64,000 nucleotides of DNA from Scyliorhinus canicula (lineage: Eukaryota): the NCBI RefSeq assembly GCF_902713615.1, contig NW_024055476.1, positions 62,001-126,000 on the forward strand, given 5' to 3'. Shown in pieces: positions 24,494 to 37,296 of the stretch. Each line of letters begins with the position of its first letter. The stretch's first letter is position 1. The notes under the pieces are model-generated. The model worked only from the letters and a program-made list of their open reading frames with translations. It did not search any database and was not told the DNA's origin. Position numbers and translations under genes: made by a program.

Positions 24494-25272
24494 GGTTTTT
24501 GTACGAGCTCTTGTCTTTTATTTGACGCGCTGCCTCTATGCACAGTAATGGACCGCTCCGTCCTCCACACTGAGGTTGCTTATATTGAGGTAACCAGACT
24601 TGTAGACTCCTGGCAGCTGCCAGATATCGCCCAGAGATTTCATCTTTTTTCAGTTTTACCGCATTGCTAATTATCCATTTTGGAGGCTGTGTCTGTTTTT
24701 GTAGATACTATTGCATGGTTTATATAAACTGGTCTGTAGATTCACAATCGAATTGCGCCGATCCTCCTTCTAACACAGTTAAGGACACCGGAGATTGAGT
24801 TACGGGAACTACACACAATTCGCCTGTGAAAGTGAATGGACATAAGAGCATCGCCTTAAAGAGGATCGATCGAGAGTTGTGTCTATCTGCATGTGTGTGT
24901 TAATTCCCATTTACCAAGACTCCCATAATATATATAGATAAGTAGATAAAGTCCCAGATTGTCATAGGTTACTTTCCCCTTTGAGGGGGAGATCTGAATG
25001 GTGATGATTTAACCTGAGCATTCCCACATCTCCGTCAAGGGACAGTTGAGAAGGCAGGTTCTTCATTAGTAACCTCAGGCGGTATGGAATTGAACCCGCG
25101 CTTGCATCACAAATGAAGTTTCCAGCCAACTGAATTAAACCAGCCGACAAAGTCGATCTTCTGGTCAACTATAAATTAAAGCAAAAACTCTTGCGTCAAT
25201 CTGCTAAATTATCCTGGTGATCTTCACCCTGGACTTACGATGCATCAGCGTTGCCAGTATTATCAGAAACAT
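24494..25272 (-). pseudogene. Family-B V pseudogene
   Basis: Leader MFLIILATLMH 25239-25272; exon from 24823 with TAA/TAG (Trp lost) and frameshift; nonamer intact 24494-24502, heptamer lost. Confidence 0.85.
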
Positions 25273-26457
25273 GCCTGACTGAATCTCTCTCAATGAACGG
25301 GAATGTAATGAGTCAGGGATTGAGGAGGAGGAAGGGAACCCGGCCTCTTTATGGCTCATTGTTCCACCCACACACTGAAGGAGGCCAGACCCATTGTGAC
25401 CTCACTCAGGTTACCATCCCTATTGGCGTTGACGTGGCCACACGGGACTTTAGGATTAGCATGCTTCAGTTTGACTATCCCTGCTGGCGGATTCTATTCA
25501 ATCCGGACTTGAATGAGGTCATTGGGTTGATTTAGTGTTCATTGATTTAGATTTTTTTTAGAAGTGTCAAATATTGCCTCCTGGAAATCTAAATTGGAGC
25601 TGATGAGACACAATCTTTATTTTTCTTGATGTTTATGCTTCAAAAGATGTTATTCAATATGTGTTCACATGGGTGAAACTGGTATTTCAGAAAAGAAAAT
25701 CTAAAGACATGCGCGACGGTGTGGAGAGTATACGCTAGAATTGTACCAGGAATTGGAGACTTCACAAAGGAGAACGTTGCAGAGAAACTGAGATTGTTCT
25801 TGTTATATCAAACCAGTAAAATGAAATACTTATTTAGGAATCGCTGTGGGTGCAACTGTTTCCACTAAAATGCTAGCCCAAGCATCCCTAATTAAGAGGC
25901 AAAAGACAGAGAGATGTTAGATTCCTTGATTAAAATGAGATGTGTTCAAATCTAGAATTTACTACCTAAAAAGGCTGGCAGTAAAAATATTAAATGTAAC
26001 TTTCAAAAGGGAATCATCGAGGAAAGGGGAAATGGCGGGCTATGTGAAAAGTGCGGGTGGGGTGAGGCTGAAAGACGAATTGGATAATTATGGTAGGATA
26101 GGCCGAAAGGGCTCGTGTCATTTTCGGATTTGCTGATATTTGTCTTCTTTCATTCTTCTACCGTCTATTTATTTGCAGCCATTTGAACAGTGAGCAGGTG
26201 CAAGGTGGTCTCCGACGTTTGGAGATTCAAGCGTTGCTAATTCCTCTCCGTCAGTACTGAGTGCAGCTGCGCACACTGCACTCAATATTGAGTCTGCTGC
26301 ATCCCCGCCCACAGCTTCCGTTTGCTGCTCTGCCCCAATTGTGTTATTGACTGCTCCGTTCATTGGTTGAATCAGCCGTGCAGGGGGACGGGGAGCTGTA
26401 TTTCTGTCTCTGACAGAGGATTTCTCTCTCTGCGCAGTTACAGACTCAGGAAGGACC

Positions 26458-26955
26458 ATGAGGAACCGTCTCGCTCCGATCTTCATCGCTATATCATTTT
26501 TCAGTAAGTCCCAGTAACACATCAGTCTCCTCCTCATTGCTCTAACCCAGATGTTATTATTGATAAAAATAATAGTGATGCTGATTATGATGCGTCAACA
26601 GTTGAATATGAGACTGATACTGTTGTTGTTTTTCTTCTATTTTGATATCAGAATGGAGCCACCAAGACACAGTGGAGCAGTCGGCTGCAAAAATAACGGT
26701 TGAAGAGGGAAGTCATATCAGACTAACCTGCACTTTGAAAACAAGCGATTCTGATCCGTATGTGTACTGGTACAGTCAGATCGTCGGGCAGCCTCCATAT
26801 TATCTGCTTCATATTCTGGGCGGTAAACTATTCAGACACAGCGACATCAGTGACCGCTTTTCAGCTACTTTAGATAAGACTGCCAAGATTACCAATCTAA
26901 TGATTGGCAACACCCTGATCTCTGACAGTGCGGTATATTTATGCGCCCTGCAGCC
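26458..26955 (+). CDS. Intact TCR V (family A): leader 26458-26503, V exon 26652-26955
   Basis: MRNRLAPIFIAISFF; LTC..YWYSQ..SDSAVYLCALQP. Confidence 0.9.
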
Positions 26956-26993
26956 CACAGTGATGCAGATCTCGTGGACGCCTTACACAAACC
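26956..26993 (+). other. RSS with 22-nt spacer
   Basis: CACAGTG + 22 nt + ACACAAACC. Confidence 0.85.
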
Positions 26994-27018
26994 CCACAGT
27001 GAGAATTCCAGTTGGTGC

Positions 27019-27033
27019 TCAGCAGAGGGCGCT
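27019..27033 (+). promoter_or_regulatory. CTCF-consensus site downstream of RSS
   Basis: TCAGCAGAGGGCGCT, 25 bp after the nonamer. Confidence 0.65.
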
Positions 27034-28489
27034 CACACACCGATTATCAGACGTTATAATCCAGCGTGTACAGTGAGTGTCACAGTCAGGGACCATAGTA
27101 AAACAACAACAAACACAACCCCCTACAAGGACAGAGAATAACCACTTCCACAGTCATATCATTCACAGCCTTCCGGATTTACCATTGAGTTCACCAATTT
27201 CAAACTGTGAACTCTCTCCGCCACATTCACTCCATTTTTTTCGATCAATATATTTTCATATCATCCATCGATCCCCTTTTTTCTTGACTATTGTCTCCCC
27301 TCCCCCACTCCCCGCCACCTTGGTAGTCCTTTGACACACTGCTTGCCCATGCACTGCCGTTGACATATTCGGACCCCTTAATGTGCCAAAACAGTACTGC
27401 TTCTTGGCCATTATCACCAACATATACATTTCATTTGTGTGTCTGTCCATATCTTTGTTAATCTCCACCTATCACTGATCCACTATCTAGCCCCCCATCC
27501 GCTCCACGCCCCCCACAACAGTATAAATCGGACGTAATTTCCAGTTCGCTCCAGCGTTGACAAAGAGTCGTCCAGAAACGTTAGCTCCATTCTCTCTCCA
27601 CAGATGCTGTCAGACCTGCCCAGTTTTTACAGCATTTGTTTCCTCTGTAAATGCAGTAATATTACTGAGCCATTTACATTAGCAAAAGTGAACATTACCA
27701 ATCGCACTCATTCATTCAACACCCCCCCCCCACTTTAATGCCTACCTCTGTGATTTTTCGAGCCAACTGTCTCCATGCTATGTCCCCAGAAGTCAATACA
27801 TTTTCTTCTTCCATCTTTAATTTAATCTTTTCAGATCATGAATAGTTCTTTGAACATTAATTCAGAACTATTCCATCCCTGCTGCCCATAGATTCATCCT
27901 CAGTTTTCTCGGAGGTCGGTAATACGGATTTTATTCAATATTGAACGATTCACTAATCCTGACACGCATCTATTGACTCTGCTTCCCTCCATATGGAACG
28001 GGTGTGTAAGTATTGCCTCTGTTAGAGAGGTGGGGGGGGGGGGGGGGGGGGTTATATAATGTTCGGTGGGAACGTTATTATTGATTTAAGCTAGTGACAC
28101 GTTGATTCTCTGTGAGATTTTTGTCTGATGTTGCCCTTACTATAGCATACGTTGCTGCCTTGCCTGCACTTACTGGACAAGGTGCTCCCGCTCTTCTATG
28201 CTTGGCATTGTTGTATCAGCAGTTCACTGGAATGGGGCTCGATAGTTTTGCTCTGTCAGAGGCCATAGTGATTGATTGCACCGCAGAGTTACACATGGAA
28301 CCGTCAAATGGGACGATCTCACTAGTCATAATTTCACTTTTAAATCAATATTTCCGTCCCAGATTAAATCCAGTCAGTCCATTTTTCCTGCCATCTAGTT
28401 GTTATAATGGATATACTGCTGATGGTGATGCTGATGAAATAATGATCATTACTACCATTTCTGTTCGTATAGGAGGATATAGAATATGA

Positions 28490-29780
28490 TTGTATTCGCT
28501 GGAGTTCAGAAAAATGAGGGGAGACCTCAGATAAACTTATAAACTTCGAACAGGACTGGACGGGGTAACTGCAGGAAGGATGTTCCCGGTGGTGGGCGTG
28601 TCCAGATCCAGGGGTCACAGTCTGAGGATACGTGGCCCGTGTCGCGTCTTTTCATCCGACGTCACTTCGTCCAACGACACTTCGTCCACGTCTTTTGGTC
28701 CAACGTCTTTTTGTCCGCCCGTCTTTTGGTCCAACGTCACTTCGTCCAATTATCCAATTACAAATTAACTCCGTATAAAACCATTCAATTGATAAAATGC
28801 AAGTACAATACAGCAAGTGACTTTAGTTGCTAAAATGCAAGTAATTGATAAAATGCAAGTAAAATGCAAGTTGAAAAATGCAGTTAGAAAATCTAAAAAT
28901 GCAGTTAAAAAATCTAAAAGTTTACTAATTACTTAAAATTCCCAAAATTACTTAAAATTGATGTAAATTGTAAGCCACATTCCTCAAGAAATCAATTTTT
29001 GTTGTAGAATCATATTGAACGACCAATCTTTTGAGGCGTTCAGTTATTTTCTTATATCGCGTACATGAAGTCGACTGATCTCCCCAAAGAATTTGAGCCT
29101 TTTTGCCTATTATGAACCCTTCCTCTTCCTTCAGAGTTTTGATTAACCTCCGGATATTCAAATGAGCTCCACCCGCCGAACGCTTTATCGCAGAATGAAA
29201 CCCCTCAGCAGCATTATTTGTTATTTGCGAATTAAGAAAGAGAACGGTAATATCTATCCTTTAACGAGGCTCGTTAAAGGAAAGAGACCATTAAAAATAA
29301 AAATCCTTTATTGCATATTATACCTTGCTATGTGCATTAGAGAAGATTTCTATTTACAAAAAGTTATTGTGGGGAGTGGAGTGGAGTGCTACTAAGCAAG
29401 TTACAAAAAGTCAAGTCACAAAAAGTCTTTGACGAAAAAAATCATCGGACAAAAAGACGTTGGACCAAAAGACGTGCGGACAAAAAGACGTTGGACCAAA
29501 AGACGTGGACGAAGTGTCGTTGGACGAAGAGACGTCGGACGAAAAGACATAGCACCACGTGGCCGACCATTTGGGACAGACATGAGGAGAGATTTCTTCA
29601 CCCAGAGAGTGATCAACCTGTGGAATTCGTTACCACAGAGGAGTTGAGGCCAAAATATTGTATGTTTTCAAGAACAGTTAGATGGAGCATTTAGGGCGTG
29701 GGGGATGACAGTATATGGGGGAATGTGGGATTATACTCTTGAGTTGGATGACTAATGATGAATCGCGGAGCAGGTTCGAA
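28490..29780 (+). mobile_element. CR1 3' fragment interrupted by DNA transposon
   Basis: ..SRGHSLRI | RPTIWDRHEERFLHPE / DMRRDFFTQRVINLWNSLPQ resume after the insert. Confidence 0.8.
28638..29556 (-). mobile_element. Non-autonomous DNA transposon, Mutator-like (MULE)
   Basis: ~130-bp TIRs of 15-bp subrepeats (cgtcttttggtccaa / cgtcacttcgtccaa); 8-bp TSD acgtggcc; internal ORF 28952-29161 resembles the C-terminus of MULE transposases (from memory, not searched). Confidence 0.7.
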
Positions 29781-30189
29781 GTTCCGAAGTTCCGAATGAC
29801 CTCCTCCAGTTCCTATTTTCCACGTTTCTGCATCAGAACCGCGCCAATAAGATACATTGGGACGGTGGGTTTCTGAAATGAGGCTTGAAAAGGAAATGAA
29901 GTTAATTGTTTGATGGGTGTGCCCAGCACCAGGGGTCACAGTCTGAGGATTCAGGTTAACAATGACAATGAAAAATAAAATCCTACACAAGGCTCAGTGC
30001 TGAAATGGTTTTAAGACATGAACACAAAAAACCTCAGTGATCAAAACCAAATCCTAACAAGAGTTCAGGGTCAAAATGATCGCATTGATGTAGACCCACT
30101 GATAATCCTAGCTTGTGAACCAATGAGGCCAGAGATAAGGAGACATTTCTTCACACAAAGAACAGTGAACCTGTGGAATTCATTGCCAC

Positions 30190-30538
30190 AGGGGCAGCGT
30201 GGTAGCATTGTGGATAGCACAATTGCTTCACAGCTCCAGGATCCCAGGTTCGATTCCGGCTTGGGTCACTGTCTGTGCGGATTCTGCACATCCTCCCCGT
30301 GTGTGCGTGGGTTTCCTCCGGGTGCTCCGGTTTCCTCCTACAGTCCAAAGATGTGCAGGTTAGGTGGATTGGCCATGATAAATTGCCCCTCGTGTCCAAA
30401 AGTGCCCTTAGTGTTGGGTGGGGTTACTGGGTTATGGGGAAAGGGTGGGGGTGTTGACCTTGGGTAGGGTGCTCTTTCCAAGAGCCGGTGCAGACTCGAT
30501 GGGCCGAATGGCCTCCTTCTGCACTGTAAATTCTATGA
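30190..30538 (+). mobile_element. Full-length SINE
   Basis: Complete head to gtaaattctatga tail. Confidence 0.88.
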
Positions 30539-30654
30539 AAAAGTAATATCACCCCACCTTAAATCAAGTTCTTCTGAATGTTCAATGTTCTGTTCGTGTT
30601 AACAGCGCTATCATCCTCCAGTGTGCATGCATAATCTCTGCAAGGGAGAAAAAC

Positions 30655-30770
30655 CCCGATGTTACTGATCGATTCTATTCCACGTTTAGAAAAGCTATCA
30701 AAATCACCGAGCTTACTGTCATCAAAGCCCTGATCTCCGACACCGCCATGTATTTCCGTGCAATGAGTCC
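30655..30770 (+). pseudogene. Family-A V 3' fragment, RSS replaced by poly-C
   Basis: DVTDRFYSTFRKAIKITELTVIKALISDTAMYFRAMSP (Cys104->Arg). Confidence 0.75.
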
Positions 30771-30844
30771 CCCCCCCCCCCCCCCCCCCCCCCGCTGCTA
30801 TCGAGAGAAAGCAGGTCAAACACACTGACAATTCCAGTTACTAC

Positions 30845-30859
30845 GCAGCAGAGGGCGCT
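30845..30859 (+). promoter_or_regulatory. CTCF-consensus site downstream of lost RSS
   Basis: GCAGCAGAGGGCGCT in a flank homologous to 26995-27035. Confidence 0.6.
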
Positions 30860-31284
30860 CGCAAACAGAAGCAATAATTCAACCTGTGGGGTGAGAGCCA
30901 CAGGAATCTTTCTCAAAATGCAATAAACACTAAACGCAACAATTACTGGTGAGGTCCACTCGCAGAATTATAATACTTGATGATTTCAATTCGCAATATA
31001 TGAAACATTTTCTTCACAAATGCCTTAATTGTCATGTGGCTTTACATTTATTTTCCCACACTGCCCCATCTAGTCGCCAGTTCCCACGTTTAACCCATAA
31101 TCGTTTTACTTTCTTTCTTCTGATATTTAGGTTAACGATTTAAAACTCAATTTTCTGCTCGGCAAATTATTTCAGTCCGGCAAAAGTCCAGCTTTCCAAA
31201 TATCAAAATAGTCAGTCCAGGCCAATGAATAACCACAGAATCTCTCCTCTTCGGGCCGCCGACATCGGAACATCTCTCCGATAT

Positions 31285-31299
31285 CCACTAGAGGGCGGC
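31285..31299 (+). promoter_or_regulatory. Strong CTCF-consensus site
   Basis: CCACTAGAGGGCGGC. Confidence 0.6.
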
Positions 31300-31384
31300 A
31301 GCTCACAATATCGCTCGTGGGGTTCGCAGCACCTGTAGCGAGTTGAGTAAGACCTCATCCATTTTGAAATAAACATAGGTTTAA

Positions 31385-33200
31385 TGGTTGAACTCAACTT
31401 ACCTCAATGGTTTGGAGAAGCTAATTCCGGCAATAATCATCACGAAGACATTCTCACATCGCAGTGGTTGCGCCTGATATTGGTCAGAGCGCCGAGAGAG
31501 GGAGGGAAGGAGTGTCTGATGTGGGAAAGGATGTGAGAATGAGACTGAAATACTCACTTTGACCTGATTCTGAATTACTTCACTGTAATCATTTGGGCAC
31601 CATGTATATTTCTACTGCGAGTGGGCGTAGCATGAAAGGTTTTACTGGGCGGCTGGTATGAGTTCTAATTAATGAGAACTCGTTTTACTGGTCCCCGAGA
31701 CACTGCCAAACTGCTCTTTGAGCTTTGTTCCTGGGTTCTGAACAGAATAATGCAGAATTTCTGAAAAGCGCTGACGATATTCTCTCATAAAGATAATCCA
31801 AAATCCGAGAGCCATAGCTCAGTGAATAAACGATAACGAACCAGATTGAAGTTAATCGTTTGATGGGTGTGTCCAGAACCAGGGGCCATAGTCTGAGGAT
31901 TCAGGGTAAATCATTTCGGACAGAGATAACGAGATATTTCTTCACACAAAGAGCAGTGAACATGTGGAATTCATTACCACAGGAAGCAGTTGATGCTAAA
32001 ATGTTGAATATATTTAAGAGGTGGCTGGATATAGCACTTGGCGAGAATGGGATCAATGGCTATGGGGAGAAAGCAGGTTTGGGCTGTTAAGTTGGATGAT
32101 CAACCATGACCGTGATCAATGGCGGAACAGGCTCGAAGGGCCAAAATGCGTCCTCCTACTTCTATCTTCTATGTATCTATGTAAACAGTACGAAGTGTTA
32201 CAACACCAGGTTAAAATCCAACAGGTTTATTTTGAATAATGAGTTTTCGGAGCGCAGCTCCTTCATCAGGAAGACAGCTCCCTCACCTGATGAAGGAGCA
32301 GTGCTTCGCAAGTTCGTGGTTGCAATTAAACCTGTTGGACTTTAACCTGGTGTTGTCAGACTTCTTACTGAGCCCAGCCAAGTCCAACGCCGGCAACCCC
32401 ACATAATTTTAAACAGAAGGAGCTATTGGACGAAATCCTGCTTATATTATTTGGAAACGCCCATGCTTTAAGAATGTTCAGTTGCTTGTGCAGTGATAGC
32501 TCGTGCCGTTGCTCTACAGTGAAATATCTATTCCTTTTAGGCGTATGCTCACACACATTTTTTCTTTCGGGAATATTAGCAAAGATCCAGAGCAAATATG
32601 AACCAGTTGAGCCGCGTTGTGAGCTCTCCTTCCGGAGGCAACAGGTCCTTGCGTTGGACTTGAATGAGGAGTTTCTCGAGACGCAGCCATTGTGTCATGA
32701 GACCGGCTGCTGGGTCGTCTGCCAAGCCAACAAAATATGTAATTATTGTGAGATAATTGGCTCAGTAATTCATGAGGGAAAGCTCACTGGAGGCACGGCT
32801 GGTGGAGTAACTAACTGTCAGATACTGATTGATCCCGAAGAAACCAAAATCAGGAATAATCCTGTGTTTGACTGTTGCAGTAAAAAGAAAACAGGAGGAA
32901 GTGGCGTCGTGGTATTGCCACAGAGTCATAGAATTTACAGCGCAAAAAGAAGCCATTCGGCCCATCGAATCTGCAGCTGCCCTCGGAAGGAGCAGCTATT
33001 GAAGCCCAAAACTCCAATGTATCCCCGGAACTCAGTATCTCAACCTAAACGTTTGGACACTTAAGGGGCAATTTAGCATAGCGAATCCACCTAACCTGCA
33101 CATCTTTGCACTTTGGGAGGAAACCGGAGCACCCGGAGGAAACCCACGCACACACGGGGAGAACGTGTAGGCTCCGCACAGACAGTGACCCAAGCCGGGA
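31385..33200 (+). repeat. Left arm of inner inverted duplication
   Basis: Reverse-complement match to 38255-40365, including shared CR1 piece, hairpin element and SINE. Confidence 0.88.
32200..32356. mobile_element. Palindromic (fold-back) short element
   Basis: acaacaccaggttaaa..tttaacctggtgttgt inverted ends; paralog at 39065-39221, partial copies at ~495 and ~36310. Confidence 0.7.
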
Positions 33201-33776
33201 ATGGAACCTGGTCCCCAGGGGCTGTGAGGCAGCAGTGCTATCCGCTATGCCACCGTGCCGCCCCGTGTCGCCGGGCTGGTAATCCAGGGACCAGAGTCAT
33301 TCTTTGATGACCCGAGTTCGAATCCCAGCATCGCAGATTAAGGTGACCATGACACCATTGTCAATTGTAAAAACCTGTCTGATTCTCAAATGTCCTTTAT
33401 GGACGAAATCTGGTGTCCTTACCTGGTCTGGCCTACATATACCTCCAGACCCACAGCAATGTGGTTAACTCTTAAATGCCCTCAGGGGTGGGCAATAAAT
33501 GCTGGTGCAGCCACCGGCTGCCACATCCCACGAACGAATCAAAATAAACACTGGTTTAATTTTCACCATCCATTCTGTAGAGCGGACTTCTACCCCCTAA
33601 AATGCACTATCTTTCTGTCATCACTGGCAGATAGAGCATCACCCCGCCGGTTCACTCTGCCATTGGGGACATCAGGAAGTGAGGTTAGAACAGCCTGAAA
33701 TAGGACAACCTATAATTGGGGGCGGGGTTTTGGGCAGAAGGCATCCAAATTCCTTTTTACAGAGCTGACAGCGACA

Positions 33777-34248
33777 ATGCGGCTACTCAGCGTCTGGGTT
33801 GTGTGCGGAGCGCTTCTAACTGGTAATTGTGGACCAAACACACTTCAGATTTTCTCTCATTTTTTACATATGGTTTAAAATGGATTTTGAACAGTCCTGG
33901 GTCCGATCTTTTCTTCGATTTGACCTTGTTTTATTTTTCAGATCTGAGTCATGGAGATTCTGTCACCCAGCCGTTGTCCTCGGATGTTAAGACAGAAGGA
34001 GAAGAGTTGACTCTTACCTGCAGATATGATACCACAGCGAGCGGTTACACTTTATACTGGTACCGGCAGCGTGCAGACTCCCAACCTGAGTTTATATTGT
34101 GGAAATATTCGGGGGGTGGTGAAGATAAAGCAGATTTTGCTAAAAGTCGTTTCTCTGCCGAGCTCCAGACATCGAATAAATTCACCAGTTTAACCATCTC
34201 CGCGCTGCAGCTGGCTGACGCTGCCGTTTATTACTGCGCTCTCACACT
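33777..34248 (+). CDS. Intact TRAV/DV-type V: leader 33777-33822, V exon 33942-34248
   Basis: MRLLSVWVVCGALLT; DSVTQ..LTCRY..WYRQ..DAAVYYCAL; TATA and GC-box upstream. Confidence 0.92.
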
Positions 34249-34287
34249 CACAGTGATAGGAAACAGGCTCTGCCCTGTACAAAAACT
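34249..34287 (+). other. 23-RSS
   Basis: CACAGTG + 23 + ACAAAAACT. Confidence 0.96.
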
Positions 34288-35389
34288 ATCTTTCACTGCA
34301 GACAGCAGCCCCTTTCTGACGCGGTTGTTAGGCTGACGCAGCCACAAGGTTAAGCGAGAGGAAACCAAACCAACCGCCAATCAAACTGTTCCCAGGAGCG
34401 GCTGAAAACTCAAACTGCAGAATTGAAGATGACAGACAGATCATCACACAATCACGTTGGAAGACACCCTGTCCTTAATCATATGCTGCCGCGCATCCGG
34501 ATTCTCCCGCCTCTCTTCCCCCTGTCTCTCTGGCTCTGTGAGGCCAGTTGATGGCGATCTGGGCAATGGATTGAAAAGAAAACTGCCGCAGCGCCGTGAC
34601 AGTCAGTATTCTGATAATCCTGGTCTGTAAATTATCACCAGGAAACTCTGGATTGTTAATGACAGCTGAAATCACCCCAGCGCTAAGGAACATTCTGAAG
34701 CTCAATGGTCACTGGGTACACACGACTTGGGATTTGTTTCAAAGATCACAGTCACTATCTTGTGACTTCTGCTTATTTTGTGTACCTTGCCTCTGGCGCA
34801 GTATAACTCTCCGTTTAAATAAAAGCTGTGAACAGGCCGCGGTCAAAGGCTACAGGAGTGTTCGTGGCCTTTTCTTGTTGAGTGATGCATTTTGTTGAAA
34901 ACATTGCTGTAACTTTTATTGACAGGCAGAGTTGTTCTTCGTTTTAGGCGCGTGATAGGCTGTCTGGGACTTTCAATGTGCGGATTCCACTATCTGGATC
35001 TCTTTGTATCGGTCCAGATTTCTGCACATTCGGTAAATCGATGTCTTTCTGGTAAACATCCTTGCGTTGAAAAATGCATGGAAATAAACACAAATTATTC
35101 AGCGAGTGACTGCAGAATTGGACAAGTTCAAACAACAAATTCCCTAAATGGAGCTGTGCTCGCTCTAACCCACCTCACCCGTTTTATTGGAGAGATTGTT
35201 GCCATTTTGACTGCATGGCATTTGTTGTATCAGAAGTTCAATGGAGAGCGGATCTATATTTCTCACCCGATAGAGCATGTCCCTGGATGGCAGAGGTCAC
35301 AGAAAAATACAGTGCGGAAAAGACCCTTCGGCCCATCGAGTCTGCACCGCCGCATGAAAGGCACTTCATCTACCAATCCTAATCCCATG

Positions 35390-36300
35390 TACGAGCACTT
35401 GGCCTATAGCCTTGAATGTTACGACGTGCCAAGTGCTCATCCTGGTAGTTTTTAAAGGATGTCAGTCAACCCGCCTCTACCACCCCCCCCCCCTCCCCCG
35501 ATAGTGATTTCCAGACGTCACCACCCTCTGGGAAAAAGGTTTTCCTCAAATCCCTCCTGAACCTCTCACCCCTCACCTTGAACATGCGTCCCCTCGAACC
35601 GACCCTTCAACTAAGGGAAACAGTTTTTCTCTATCCACCCGCTCCGTGCACGTCATAATCTGGTACACCTCGATATGGTCATCCCTCAGCCTTCTCTGCT
35701 CAACCCGAGCCTATGCAACCTCTCTTCAGAACTTAAATGTTCCATCCCAGGCAACATCCTGGTGAATCGCCTCTGCACCCGCCCCAGTGCAATCACAACG
35801 AAGAACAAAAAACAAAGAACAATAGAGCACAGGAACAGGCACTTCGGCCATCCAAGCCTGGGCCGCTCATAATACCAACCGTGGCCAAAACCCTCAGCAC
35901 TTCCTTGTGCCGTATCCCTCTATACCCATCCTATTCATGTGTTTGTCAAGATGCCTTTTGAATGGCGTTAATATATCTCATTCCACAACCTCCCCTGGCA
36001 AGGCGTTCCAGGCACTCACCACCCACTGCATAAAAAAACTGCCTCGCACATCTCCTCTAAACTTTGCCCCACGGACTTTAAACCTATGCCCCTGGTGACT
36101 GACCCCTCCACCCGAGGAAAGAGTGCCTGCCCATCCACTCTATCCATGCCCCTCATAATCTTATAGACCTCTATCAGGTCACCCCTCAACCTCCATCTTC
36201 CTAATTAAAGCAGTCCGCGTCTATTCAGCCTCTCCGCACGGCTAACCCCCTCCAGACCAGGCACCATCCTAGTAAACCTCCTCTGCACCCCCTCCAAAGC
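35390..36300 (-). mobile_element. CR1 3' fragments (compound)
   Basis: Reverse-strand CR1 RT-tail / 3' UTR matches. Confidence 0.75.
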
Positions 36301-36429
36301 TAGTGATTCGAAATAAACCTGTTGCACTTTAACCTGGTGCTGTAAGACTTCTTATTGTTAACATTCATTATCGATAGTAAAATGCTTGTCATGTTGATGT
36401 ATCGGTAAATATTGTGGTTGTACATGTCA

Positions 36430-36790
36430 GATGGAGCCTTTAAGATTCGGTGGAGCAGGCCGTAACGGAATTGTTCGTACAGAAATAAAGTATTGTGACC
36501 ATCAGCTGCACCAAGAAAACAATAGATTCCAGTCCTTACGTGTTCAGCTACAGCCAGGGTATGAACATTGTCCACAGCATATGTTTCATCTCTATGAAGG
36601 GACAGCAAAATTGGGAACCCAGACTTTACAGTGCGATCATTTCCCATGTTCGGTAATGCTAATAAACCACCGAGTAAATGATGAGCAAAACATAGATTTC
36701 AGAGGCCAGTGCCTATCTCTGTGCGATGGAGCCCCTCTATGCTGCAGATATATAGAAGAGCCTGGACAAAAGTCGACAAAGAGTTACAGT
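36430..36790 (+). pseudogene. Highly decayed family-A V
   Basis: IVTISCTKKTIDSSPYVFSYSQ..ISEASAYLCAMEP followed by an RSS-like remnant; multiple stops. Confidence 0.65.
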
Positions 36791-37296
36791 AAGTGCCACA
36801 AATAGATAATCCCACACTAATAAAACAACATCAATAATTCTCCCACCGCTGTGAGATTCACAGTGATTAGTTTTTAACTGATGAAACACAATACCCAACA
36901 AGATCAGAAGTGGTCTAGTCCCTAACTTAAATTTAGTTAATATCTCTCAGTTAGAAAAAATATAAACTTTACAAACGCACCTCTCGGCCTGTAACTGGAA
37001 TTCTGCCTTTCCATATATTTTCCATGTCTGTTCCATCTCATCGCCTGTCTGCATTTTGTAAACGCATCATCTTTTAACATTCCGTGTTAATCTGTAAATT
37101 AGTGATGTAAAACAGTTCTCTCTTCTCCAAATATCAATTCAGGGAGGTTCAATCTGAACAGCCTATAACTAGTAACTGTCACACCTGATCATTAATGTAC
37201 ATTTGACTCCAGAGGCGCAGAAATATAGTTGCCTCCCTGCTTCCCTCTGCAATAATCGAGCAAGCCATTCAGGTAAAGGGCTAATTAGAGATGGAC

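Noticed and set aside
28638-29556. RAG/Transib-like transposon
   Set aside because: TIRs do not begin CAC or resemble RSSs, and the TSD is 8 bp rather than 5
29386-29694. ORFs with WTKRR/GRRDV repeats as novel repeat proteins
   Set aside because: They are translations of the 15-bp subrepeats of the transposon TIR
32426-33064. 212-aa ORF
   Set aside because: No recognisable domain, runs into a SINE, and is not preserved in the paralogous arm
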